From positions 7,990 through 71,989 of the IMG/VR virus record IMGVR_UViG_3300008255_000132: 64,000 nt of DNA; one strand, 5' to 3'. Numbering within the stretch: position 1 is the first letter of the stretch; every line of letters starts with the position of its first letter. A model generated the notes under the pieces. The model was not told the origin of the DNA. It saw only the letters and a program-made list of their open reading frames with translations, and did not search any database. The DNA is from a virus. This document shows positions 31,801 to 41,500 of this stretch, one piece after another. A program made the position numbers and the translations under genes.

Positions 31801-34056
31801 ACAGCACTGGCCGTATATGAGAACGCGACCACCACGCTTACGCTCAAGGTCAAGGACATCTTGATTTCGGCCTTCATCAAGCTCGGTGACACTACTAACT
31901 TCGCTATCCAGTCCCAGGATACTGCTGATGTTGTATTGTCCAAGGTACCGGACGGCACCGGGTATTATGATTGGGTTGTGAAGGTTACAGGCTACGAGAC
32001 AGCGGGCGTATTCCCGGCCACCCTCTCCGTGATCGTTGATAATGGCAACTCTAAGACCGCGACACTAGTCGTCACTGGTGTCGAGTCCGCTCAGCCCTGC
32101 ATTACCGAGATTACGGTGGGCAGCGCGGATCCGGTCGCCAGCGGTGGTGTAATCATCTGGTCATATCCAGAGGCGCTTGAAGATGAGCAGGTGCTCTACT
32201 TTCACACCACAGGTATCGATGACACATTACCGGACACGCCCACGTTCGTGCCTACGACCGCCGCGGGCCCGGGTACCTTATCAGCGATCGGCAACATTGA
32301 GCTTCTCAGTGGTGCGCCACCGGCCTCCGCCGTTTGGTCCCAGTCATTCATCCGATCCGCGGACGTTGACTATACGACTCAGATCGCATTCACATCTAAT
32401 ACGGCGTCGAACGGTGACCCGAAGACGTGCACCCTGGCCTACCCCGATTCGATTCTATTTGAACCTATCGTGGCGTTAGCTGACGGTGGGATTTTGGGTG
32501 TGACCAAGAGCAGCGGTGGCGGCGCGTCCCAGCTGGCGCAGGCCCAGGTTGCGTTCTCGCAAACACCAGAAGAGGGTCACTATGCGCAGTTCACGGTTTA
32601 TGGCCGTTTTGTACCTGCTGACAGCGCTGGAAGTGATTTGGCCGTAGCCTTCGTCGATGAGAACGGCGCCAGCCTTACCGACAGCGTGCTGATCACAGCA
32701 GCCAGTGCCGGATCAGTATCCGGTACTGCATTGTTCGCCGACAGTACCGACGGTCGATCGATCCGGGTCCGGGTCACGAACACGACGCTGAGCAAAGAGG
32801 CTAACGGCGTGCTGAACAGGGTCGTGACCAGGCATGCGGCACCTCGGATCCGGGGCGCCAGCATGACTCCGCCGCACGAAGGCACGACAGGCGCTACGAT
32901 CACGGTAGTCGGGTCCAACCTAACCCCACCCACACCGCCGGCGGGCTCATCGGCGCTAAGTTACGGCTACACCTTCTTCGACAGCGCGGCCAGTGCGGTC
33001 TTATCATCGGCGGCATTGGTATCAGCTACTGACAAGCAGCTGGTGTTCACTGCCGATATTGACGCTAGTACTGCTGGTGAGACCATCGGGCTTGCGGTTG
33101 ATTACCTGGGTGGTAACACACACAGGGCCGGTAATCTGGTCACGATCCTGGCCGAAGAGGCCGGAGACGCGTCGGTCACTGATATCCTACTATATGCGAC
33201 AGGGGCAGACCCTGATGATGCGCCAGTGGCCCCGCTCACCTATATAGATGGTACGTGCTGGCTCCGGATCACAGGTAGCGGCCTAGGCCGCGCCAATGTG
33301 GCTTCGGACGGTACCGGGCTGTTCCTTGAGATTGTGGGCGAACTCGATGACACGGTGGCTGCTGATGTATCTGAAACACCACCGGGCCCTGGTATTACCG
33401 AGGCTCTGGCTGCCCCCAAAATATACCCAGGTACGTTCCGGGTCCAAAGCGACACTCAGCTAGTGATCCAAGTCCCGTGCACCACGGCCTACTCCAATGC
33501 ACGTGTCAGGATCCACCTGGTTAAGCCGACTACACATCCGGACGGTGCCACTGAGTGGGATCAAGCTGTGATTGATGATACAGGTAGCGGCGCAGGCCGT
33601 AACCTAGCCAACGTAGGCCTAACAGCTCGCTACGGCGCGGCGGCTCGGCCTCCCAGGATTAACACGGACCCAGATGCGGGTACCACGCACTACGATGTTG
33701 CGCACACGTTCCAGGCCTTGTGCGGGGTCGGCACGGAGGGTGATAGATTTTCAGTCACGGTCCGTCTCGAGTCTGCGATCACGACAGCAAACCCACCGGC
33801 AGTAATCACTGTGTCCGACAGCCTCTACGGGGTCGAGTTTGAGGATGTGATCGTAGCCAAGACATCGAATCCGCTCGAGATCCTAATCACGGTTACGGTC
33901 CCTACTCCGGGTACGAACAACACGTACCCACATGCTGGTTTCGTGACCACAACTCCGGTCATAACCGCGTTGCGATTTGCCAACGGCCAGCCGATTGCGG
34001 CAGTCAAGCTAGGCGCAGCCGATTGGGGTAGCGTATCCACGCAGGTCCCGTATTGA
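28876..34056 (+). CDS. Large tail fibre/adhesin with multiple Ig/IPT-like domains
   Basis: Fibre-type N-terminus LKKP..WDIPLNENWDSI, HTHSGADGQGPQI, IDAHIAD; repeated IPT-like strands (ITVVGSNL, LRITGSGL). Confidence 0.7.
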   Translation: MANQDYTTTQYITLKKPLSGSFQNIWDIPLNENWDSIAALFAGAVEVGHTHSGADGQGPQIDHDGLLNTGSNTHSDIDAHIADASVHADTMIGTISGDDLNGALVTVNGVAHIKFYNATIADSGSGVVSVTAVGTGTVPELFSRTQSAPITWTDNFNWPHGSGLDGHCWSTVQPSDQHPKFLVKGPSASGPGTLVHIDIDGAAQSQGYSLNHATCHIPHGTAQRITVRVDRFNTAQGASIATADDVTLTLDILSATIGKSFDRPSAFGLSLVINKPAGADTLDFALSLRPHGTDDNQEVIWTDFSGPLPTAYAGSFDILPQDFFVGCHEFSLRRDASVIGAFWLQYYYNEGLVFRKYFDPSSTDATTALFASELQNLITNLGNWSVSQPAYGRIGWGLGYNMVSADTLVCELGCVTIGSQDDLEVVTGPLTPYPDTIDPPVPVASPCCPDYPDFAGLVVGDTWDFDGPGSGLSADQWEIVGLISTEYGVQNGEGFEVWNINNDSYWPVFCAPPTATQEAQPTQITGYESSNTLVLTGIALPTGGNEHARIELAFGDSTWPLTWLNPGGSQFFNASDPVGSGDATVYNGILTVSGMTWTAEPAGTSRLTLTYSTGPNLPWNRTLDITVRPGYDDLLASDYSATWSDVVKVVPAAALTTLPGAGLSVAYWDDVTDPANPVWTKASAVVPVPEGSWVYVTVSAANWPIGAMFWDQGGGFQDWTIEDTATGGVLVPGEYGINFLPAAGLTLLWSRFTPDTVPSTLSGALPAFISGTTLLGSDPFTTLPPDYVLGSAPVTGLGAVQLYAIFKLDDDYYTAQGSSVPVNLALRNPLTGASVGNGGLPETVISQVNPRKPVVDLDSKTISTTMYTPGESGVSISFDALYIDAVDNTIECGMTGGWDPSVPTTITIDTASPHSMTLTDLGTGYVRCTVGGLTLGAGGVLRTTIKNALIPDPLPNIATLSWGTISTLTVPSISQTALAVYENATTTLTLKVKDILISAFIKLGDTTNFAIQSQDTADVVLSKVPDGTGYYDWVVKVTGYETAGVFPATLSVIVDNGNSKTATLVVTGVESAQPCITEITVGSADPVASGGVIIWSYPEALEDEQVLYFHTTGIDDTLPDTPTFVPTTAAGPGTLSAIGNIELLSGAPPASAVWSQSFIRSADVDYTTQIAFTSNTASNGDPKTCTLAYPDSILFEPIVALADGGILGVTKSSGGGASQLAQAQVAFSQTPEEGHYAQFTVYGRFVPADSAGSDLAVAFVDENGASLTDSVLITAASAGSVSGTALFADSTDGRSIRVRVTNTTLSKEANGVLNRVVTRHAAPRIRGASMTPPHEGTTGATITVVGSNLTPPTPPAGSSALSYGYTFFDSAASAVLSSAALVSATDKQLVFTADIDASTAGETIGLAVDYLGGNTHRAGNLVTILAEEAGDASVTDILLYATGADPDDAPVAPLTYIDGTCWLRITGSGLGRANVASDGTGLFLEIVGELDDTVAADVSETPPGPGITEALAAPKIYPGTFRVQSDTQLVIQVPCTTAYSNARVRIHLVKPTTHPDGATEWDQAVIDDTGSGAGRNLANVGLTARYGAAARPPRINTDPDAGTTHYDVAHTFQALCGVGTEGDRFSVTVRLESAITTANPPAVITVSDSLYGVEFEDVIVAKTSNPLEILITVTVPTPGTNNTYPHAGFVTTTPVITALRFANGQPIAAVKLGAADWGSVSTQVPY

Positions 34057-34095
34057 CCTATCCTCTAACTAAAGGCCATTTGAGCTATTAGATCG

Positions 34096-34515
34096 ATGAC
34101 ATTGCTACCCAAGCTCCACAAATTAGCGGCTGATGTTATGTGGGACCCAGAAACACGGCAGATGTCGACTAAGCCCACGAGGCCCTCGGAGCATCGAGCG
34201 GCTCAGCAGGCACCGCAACCCCCAGACGCGGTCCAAGGCCGCCCTACACCTGATATGATGGATATGGAGAACACGCGGCTGCAAAAGGTGTTGGATAACG
34301 CCAAGCTGCGGCTTCAGATCACGCGGACTGAGCAACGGCTAGCCGACGTCAAGGCGGATAGGGCCTCTGGTGCCAAGCTATCGTCAGCGACTACGGCAAC
34401 CGCCACCAAGAACCCAGCGACTAAGGCTGTAGCCAAGGTCTTAGGCGAGAAGGCTCGCACTAGTGGGAAACAGGACAAGAAACTCAAGGCACATGATTCT
34501 GTGGAGAAGGCCTAA
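34096..34515 (+). CDS. Hypothetical basic coiled-coil protein with N-terminal KLA motif
   Basis: 139 aa, begins MTLLPKLHKLAA; TAATG-coupled to the next gene. Confidence 0.6.
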   Translation: MTLLPKLHKLAADVMWDPETRQMSTKPTRPSEHRAAQQAPQPPDAVQGRPTPDMMDMENTRLQKVLDNAKLRLQITRTEQRLADVKADRASGAKLSSATTATATKNPATKAVAKVLGEKARTSGKQDKKLKAHDSVEKA

Positions 34516-35528
34516 TGGACAAGCTGGCCGGAAGGATTATCGATTTCAATGATGATCCTCGATTCGTTTCGGATCTGCGCGCTCAAGGCCTCTACGGGGC
34601 TGAACTCGTCGATATTGCTAGGTTGGACGATTTGCCGGACTCTGCCTTTGCGGTTAAGATTGCGTCGGGTGGGCACACGCACCGGCGATTCCCGATCCAT
34701 AATCGAGTCGCTACTCAGCTCTCGGCAACCTACCTTAGCGCTGCGAGCGATGCTGGGCTAGAGCCCGAGATTACACGCGTGGCCTCGTATCACGTCAAGG
34801 ATGCGTGCGAGCGCTTCGGCCTTGATGTCCCTGCTATCGCGTGCGGGAGCGTTGACCCAGGTACGCGCGACGTCACTCTGGTCTCGAGCGACCAACAGGG
34901 ATTCCGCAGCATCGAGAAGGTCGCGGAGTATGCTCATGATCGGATCGCAAGCGAATTCTGTAACATGGGGCCCGAGCGCCGCACCCTGGCGGTCCAGGCG
35001 TTGGTCAAAGCAGCTGGGTGTGACTCGATCCGGTCGAGCATGCTCTGGGACTATGTACCCAAGGCTCAGTATGGTCCAACGTTCTTCACCGGGATGTCAA
35101 TGCGCGGCAACCTGGTGAAGCGTGCTGAGGCTGATCGGATCCCTATTGCTGGAGCCTTGTTTGATCAGCTTGAGATCGAGCTTAAGACTGCGGATCCGAG
35201 AGAGGCACCGAAGCTGCTAGCCCAGTTCGACAAGCTGGCAGGCCTCGACACCCGGTACAGAGAGGGGTTGCTTGATCCGTATCAAACATGCTGGGGCGGT
35301 TTTGCGTTACCAAAGACTGCGCGGGCCTGTGTCAAGGCCTCGGTCGACTCGATTCTAGGCCCGACCCATGATCGTGGGTCTGAGCTGGAGTATCTGGTTG
35401 ATCTTGAGCACCGGTTCCCAGCTAACGACGCGGGTTTCTCTAAAGTGGCAGCGGTAGCCTGTGCCACTGTGGATTCGCAGTCATGGCCTGATACATACAA
35501 GGCGGCGATCCGCCGATATTTCGCTTAA
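34515..35528 (+). CDS. Head-module protein with LPDSAFA..RFPI motif (DUF6582-like) and many KxA sites
   Basis: RLDDLPDSAFAV..RRFPIHN; MDKLAG, IEKVAE, LVKAAG, LVKRAE, FDKLAG, LPKTAR, FSKVAA. Confidence 0.65.
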   Translation: MDKLAGRIIDFNDDPRFVSDLRAQGLYGAELVDIARLDDLPDSAFAVKIASGGHTHRRFPIHNRVATQLSATYLSAASDAGLEPEITRVASYHVKDACERFGLDVPAIACGSVDPGTRDVTLVSSDQQGFRSIEKVAEYAHDRIASEFCNMGPERRTLAVQALVKAAGCDSIRSSMLWDYVPKAQYGPTFFTGMSMRGNLVKRAEADRIPIAGALFDQLEIELKTADPREAPKLLAQFDKLAGLDTRYREGLLDPYQTCWGGFALPKTARACVKASVDSILGPTHDRGSELEYLVDLEHRFPANDAGFSKVAAVACATVDSQSWPDTYKAAIRRYFA

Positions 35529-35672
35529 TGACGCGTCTGGTTAAGACTGTGTCGAGTGTTTGCGGTACTCTAGAGCTGAGCGCTGGGTGTCAACAGCTGT
35601 TTAATAACCGCAACTGCGCGGTAAGTAAGGCACTGCATTGGCAGATTAGCTCACCTGTTCAGAGCCACTATC

Positions 35673-36290
35673 ATGGGTCCGAATCAAATCCTATTTAGTT
35701 CTAAGGGCATCTGGCCCGGTGTGTATCAAGCCGTCCTAGGCCGGGAGTTTGGTCCGGCTTGGCTCACGTGGGAGCCTGAGACGCTCTGGGCCGAGATCAA
35801 TAGAGTCTGGTCCGCTGCGCCTACCGGGGAGGTCCGCTCCAAGATCCTAGCGACTAGGGCTTGTATCGTCACAGACTTGTTTTATACGGACGCGCCGGCA
35901 TTTGAGAACATGGTGCTAGCCGTCAACGACCTCCAATATGATCCTGGCGAGGTACAGCTAGCGTCACCAGAGGAGATGGTCTACGCGGTCCGTGTCATGT
36001 CTCCGCTCAAAGACGGCACCTTCGGCCGTGAAGTAGTTGGTTATGTGCGGACATGCTGTCGTAAGTCCGGATTACTGCGCTACCCGGATGATCTGCGTTT
36101 TGCTGAGCCCGAATACCCGCCAGATCTGGCTAAGTACGCGGCACAGATCAAGGCTGAAGACGGCGGTGATAATATAGATCCTACGTCAATCGTTGGTGTA
36201 CAGTCCGACCTGCTGTACCGTATCAACGTCTACGTCGCGGACAAGATGGCCCAAATGGCTGTCGACGCACTACAACCATCGACGGCCTAG
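35673..36290 (+). CDS. Hypothetical protein upstream of portal
   Basis: 205 aa, WLTWEPETLWAEI motif; ends 3 nt before the portal start. Confidence 0.65.
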   Translation: MGPNQILFSSKGIWPGVYQAVLGREFGPAWLTWEPETLWAEINRVWSAAPTGEVRSKILATRACIVTDLFYTDAPAFENMVLAVNDLQYDPGEVQLASPEEMVYAVRVMSPLKDGTFGREVVGYVRTCCRKSGLLRYPDDLRFAEPEYPPDLAKYAAQIKAEDGGDNIDPTSIVGVQSDLLYRINVYVADKMAQMAVDALQPSTA

Positions 36291-36293
36291 CCC

Positions 36294-38192
36294 ATGAGTA
36301 GCTTCGAATCAGGGTCAACAGTAACAGGACGCGGGATCAGGAACGATCGAGGGCTCAACACATACCCTCATCAGTTCTTCGATCCGAGTACGTCGTACAT
36401 TCCGCACTCAGTCAAGGAGCTGTTCCGTTGGTGCCAGTTTCTGTATATGACGCACTCGGAGATCGCTCCGGTTATCAACAAGAAGTGCTCGTACGTCATT
36501 ACGCGCCTGATTTACGACTCGGATATGGACGCCAACGTAGCTGCGTGGCGGGATGTGCTAGAACGGACCCTCGACATTCGGCAGATGGAGTACAAGCTTC
36601 TGCTTGATTACGAGGTCTACGGCAATGCATTTGTATCGATCCACTACCCATTTGAGCGGTATCTCACGTGTCGGTCCTGTAAGAACACGTCGCCAGCTCG
36701 GAGCATGACTTGGGTCTACAAGGACAACAAGTTCAGCTCTAGATGTCTCAAGTGCCACCACGAGGGTGAGTTCGATCCGGTCGATCGGAATATCAGAAAC
36801 AGGAGCCGGATGCGTCTGATCCGGTGGAACCCGAAGTTCATAAATATCCGGTATAACCCGTTCACTGACGACTCGGTCTATATTTACCGGATCCCGACCT
36901 GGTTGAAGAAGAAGCTGACTACGGCTGGTGAGAACCACGAGTTAGTGTCAGGCACCCCACTCGTGATTCTTGAGGCCATCAAGTCGCAGCGTGATGTTGA
37001 GTTAGATCGTGACAACATCTACCACTTCAAGAACCCGAGCATCAGCCTAGAAGATGACGCGTTTGGTATGCCGCCGCTATTGGCCGTGTTTAAAGACGCG
37101 TGGCTGTTCCAGACCTATCGTAGGGCCCAGGAATCGATCGCGCTCGAGCATATTCTGCCTCTGACCCTGCTAGTACCGGCTGCAAGTAGCTCAGGTGCCG
37201 CGCCTCACATGAGCATGGACCTTGGTGATTGGGCTGATAAGATGCAGCTTATTATCAAGAAGTGGCGCCGGGATCCTAACGGCCTGTTCACGATCCCGTT
37301 CCCAGCTACGATCGAGAACGTACGCGGTGATGCCCAGGCACTGAACGTGCACAACGACATGACCCAGATCCGTCAACAGATTACGGGCGGCCTCGATGTT
37401 CCCCAGGAGTTCATCTATGGCGGGCTAAACTGGTCAGGATCTTCGATCAGCCTGCGTGTGCTAGAAAACCTGTTCATTGGTCGTAAGGAGCAGCTAGATG
37501 AGTTCCTTAAGTGGGTCGTAGAGCGTGTCCAGCGATTCTGCCGCTTGCCCGAGATAAAGGCTCGTCACCGAGACTTCAAGATGGCTGACGACGCGCAGCA
37601 GAAGCAGATCGCACTCAGCCTTCGTCAGACCAATACGATCTCGGATCAGACCACGGTTGAGGAGCTCGGGTTTGACTTTGGGCGCGAGGTTCTACGCAGG
37701 GAGCGTGAGGAGCGTGAGCGCCTCGGAATCATGGAGCGCTCCCAGATGCGTCAGGCCGAGACCCAGGGCAAGATCATGGTGGCGCAGGCGGAGGCCCAAG
37801 CCAAAGCTGAGGCGGCCCAGATGAAGCAACAAGAGACGCAGCGCGCCAAAGGTATCCAAGAGGGCTTCAACATGGGCCAGGCTGAGGAGGCTGCTGGGGC
37901 CGGGGCCTCTGATGGTGACGGGGCAGACCAGACCCAGAGCACCGAACCACCGCAGACGGCAACGGACGAGGGTATGCTACAGGATCCCGTCTTGCTAGAT
38001 ATGATGGCGAACCACGTGATCAAAGGCACTCCGCCACATCTAATCGAAATGGAACTACAAGCCCTCGAATCAACTAATCCAGCCCTTGCCAAGGCCGTGC
38101 GGGCCCGGATCAAGAGGATTCAGACACAAACTGACAGCCTTACCCCATTGCCGGAGCAGAAACCCCCACGTCGGGCGGTTTCGCCAGTCTAA
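36294..38192 (+). CDS. Portal protein with inserted Zn-finger
   Basis: LLLDYEVYGNAFV, RWNPKFINI, IYHFK..FGMPPL, QITGGLDVPQEFI, C-terminal coiled coil. CRSC..CLKC inserted after the YGNAF motif. Confidence 0.75.
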   Translation: MSSFESGSTVTGRGIRNDRGLNTYPHQFFDPSTSYIPHSVKELFRWCQFLYMTHSEIAPVINKKCSYVITRLIYDSDMDANVAAWRDVLERTLDIRQMEYKLLLDYEVYGNAFVSIHYPFERYLTCRSCKNTSPARSMTWVYKDNKFSSRCLKCHHEGEFDPVDRNIRNRSRMRLIRWNPKFINIRYNPFTDDSVYIYRIPTWLKKKLTTAGENHELVSGTPLVILEAIKSQRDVELDRDNIYHFKNPSISLEDDAFGMPPLLAVFKDAWLFQTYRRAQESIALEHILPLTLLVPAASSSGAAPHMSMDLGDWADKMQLIIKKWRRDPNGLFTIPFPATIENVRGDAQALNVHNDMTQIRQQITGGLDVPQEFIYGGLNWSGSSISLRVLENLFIGRKEQLDEFLKWVVERVQRFCRLPEIKARHRDFKMADDAQQKQIALSLRQTNTISDQTTVEELGFDFGREVLRREREERERLGIMERSQMRQAETQGKIMVAQAEAQAKAEAAQMKQQETQRAKGIQEGFNMGQAEEAAGAGASDGDGADQTQSTEPPQTATDEGMLQDPVLLDMMANHVIKGTPPHLIEMELQALESTNPALAKAVRARIKRIQTQTDSLTPLPEQKPPRRAVSPV

Positions 38193-38575
38193 TGGCCGGG
38201 GTTAATGGAAGCAGCGGCCGAGTTCGTGTTGAGGCTCAGCTTGTCCATCAGGTGCGTGACGGCATGCAGCGCAGGCTGGCTACGACTGGGACTATGACAA
38301 AGATCGGCGCCGTGTTACTACGTCCAATGTACGGGGTGCAGCGGCGGATGCGTCGTGAGTCTCTGGATATGGACAACGCCGCGGATCAGGAGCGTTGGCA
38401 GATGCTGCACAACGACCTGGAGCGCTACGAGATCGTGTCGGAGAAAGACAGCAACACGACGCGCGGTAACCACTGCCATGTGGTCTATATCGAGAAGGGC
38501 GATGACCTACCACTGGTCAAGAGTGGGGCAGATCTGCGACGCAAGGATAAGGCTCGGATCAGGGAAGACAGCTGA
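38192..38575 (+). CDS. Hypothetical protein
   Basis: 127 aa; coupled to the portal by TAATG and to the RNAP by TGATG. Confidence 0.6.
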   Translation: MAGVNGSSGRVRVEAQLVHQVRDGMQRRLATTGTMTKIGAVLLRPMYGVQRRMRRESLDMDNAADQERWQMLHNDLERYEIVSEKDSNTTRGNHCHVVYIEKGDDLPLVKSGADLRRKDKARIREDS

Positions 38576-41500
38576 TGCTTGAGAACAAGCATTTCAAGCA
38601 GTTTACCGATACGTTAAAGCGGTCCGAGGCTATCGTTGCGCGTATGTTCCCGATCCAAGGCCCGACCAAGAGTCTTGAGGTCAAGAACCTACGCTGGACT
38701 AATGTTGGCCCTGATGTCCTATTTGACATCGATCGACAGAAAAAAGCCAAACTCAAAGAACAGTCGCTCAGTGCAGTACTGGTCGGTGATGTGACTCTGC
38801 GTGAGCTCGGTGCATCTAATAAGGTTCTGGACACAGCGCTTAAGTATCCGATACTCTCGATCCCGCATCTGACGATGAACGCAGGTTACATCGTGGACGG
38901 CAAAGAGAGGCAGGTCATAAACCAGTTCCGGCTTAGGCCCGGTGTGTACACCAGATTTACTGGTGATGATAACGTCGAGGCGTTTCTCAACACGACGGCA
39001 GTTGGTACCTACAAGGTCGTCCTAGACCGGGCCACTGGTATCCTACGGATGCGGGTTGGTTCCACGGCACGTACGCCGCTCTACTCTGTGCTTATCGCGG
39101 TTGGGATGCGTGACGATGAGATCAAGGCCCTGCTTGGGTCAGAGCTCTTTGCCGAGAATAAGCGAGCAGCCAATCCGGCCAAGGACATCCCTAGTCTGCT
39201 GAAGCGGATGCGTCCGTATCTGGTTCAACCAAGCGAGCTAGGCGAGAAAGCGACCCTGGTCCGCCAGTATCTCGAGTCAAAGCCGTTGGATCCGGCTGTG
39301 AACAAGGTCACGCTTGGTAAGGAGCTGGACAAGATTGACAGGCGTGCGCTTGAGGAGACCACGCGCAAGATTATCAAGCTGTCACATGGGGAGATTGAGC
39401 CTGACGATACCGAGAGCCTGGCGTTTAAATACATTCTATCGATTGAGGACTTTGTGCCGGAGCGGCTGGAGAAGGCTGTCGATGGTATGAAATATAAGAT
39501 CCTAGGCGATCTACGCCGACGCAACGAGATCCGCCTGATCTTGCCGCCTAACCGATTAAGCTCGCCGGTCGATGCGTTTTTCACTGGATCGGAGTTCACG
39601 CGGTACTCGGACCAGCACAATCCGATCGACATGGCCGCTGTTGCGAGCCTCACTACGAGCTTAGGCGACGGCGGTATCAGCAGCACCTATGCAGTTACCG
39701 ATGAGATCCGAACGATCCACCCGAGTCATTACGGCTTGCTGGATCCGATGCACACACCGGAGGGTGACAAGGTCGGCGTATCCGGTCACCTCACGATTGG
39801 TGCGCTAAAGCGAAACCGGACCCTATACCTGCCGGTATACAACGCAAAGACTGGTCAGCGTGTTGAGATGTCGGTTCAGGATTTAGACCAGGCTACGGTT
39901 GCGTTCCCCGACCAGTATGACAACCTCCCGGATGCTCCAAAGGCGTCTGTCGGCGCCGCGCCGCATACGACCAAACCACTGGTCAAGGTCAGGAGCAAGA
40001 ACGTGCTTATGGAGGTCAAGCCAGCAGCCGTAGACTATGTCTTCGTAAGCTCTGACGCTTTCTTCAGTTCAACCACGGCTGCGATCCCGTTCCTACCCAA
40101 TAACGACGCGAACCGCGTCCTGATGGGTGATAAGCACGTAGAGCAGTCTGTAAATCTGATGAACCCAGACGCCCCGTTGGTCCAGCATAGGATCCGTGGT
40201 AAGGGTTACGAAGAGTTGTTCGGCGAACGGCTAATCCCGCGGGCCTTGGACCCTGCTACGGGTAAGCCTATTGGCGGGGAGGTTGTGGAGGTGACCAATA
40301 ACTCGATCACTATCAAGCCCGATGGCGGCGGCCGGTCTCGTGTCAAGATCCCGCTCCATGACCATTATCCGCTAAATAGTCGCACATTCCTGCACGACAC
40401 CGCAATCGTGAAGAAGGGGGACCGTGTTGAGCCTGGTCAGGCCTTGGCTTCGAATAATTTCACCAAAGGCGGGCAGCTTGCTATTGGCGCTAACCTCCGC
40501 GTGGCTTACACCGCGTACAAGGGTTACAACTTCGAGGATGGCGTTGTAATCTCAGAGGGTGCAGCAAAGAAACTGACTTCGATCCACAAGTATGAGGCTC
40601 GTGTTGAGAAGGAGTCGAAGGTGGTGATCGGAGCCGACACCTATATAGCGGCCTACCCATCAGAGCTCGGCCATGTGCGGGATCGGGCTAAGCGCTATGA
40701 CGCAGCCGGTATCATCAGGAAGGGTCAGGTTCTGGTACCTGGTGATGTGATTATCCCAGCGATCAGAGAGGTTGATATCCATCCAGAGTACGACTATAAG
40801 AAGCTGCATCGGAGCGCTGGTCTGCGCTTTATGGATATAAGTGAGACTTGGGACCATGACTTCGACGGGTTGGTAATCGATGTTGTTACGACCCGAACCT
40901 TTGTCAAGGTGATCACGAAGAGTCAGGAGCCGATGCAAATTGGCGATAAGCTTAGTTCACGCCACGGCGCCAAGGGTATCGTGGTTAAGATCATCCCAGA
41001 TTCCGAGATGTACCGGGACGAGTCTGGGGCTGTGATTGATATCCTGCTCAACCCCGCGGGCGTGCCTGGTCGAGTTAATACAGGCCAGATGCTAGAGGCC
41101 GCCGCTGGTAAGCTAGCACGGATTACGGGTAAGACATACTACACCGACAACTTCAACGCGAAGGGTAGTGCAGTGGCTCGTGTCCGTAAGGATTTAGCCG
41201 ATGCAGGGCTATCTGACGAGGAGGTGATCACTGACCCGAAGACAGGGCACCAGCTGGGTCGGGTCTTGGTTGGCGATACCCACATCTATAAACTAACGCA
41301 CCAGGTCGCGGGCAAGATGAAGTCGCGTGCTGCTGTTGGTGAGGCGTACTCAACCGATGAGCAACCCACCAAGGGGTCTGGTTCAGGTTCGCAACGGATT
41401 GGGATCCTGGACACGTTTAGCTTGCTGTCTGGTGACGCCACAGCGTTCCTCAATGACGCATTTGGCCTTAAGTCGCAGAAGAATGATGAGTACTGGCGCG

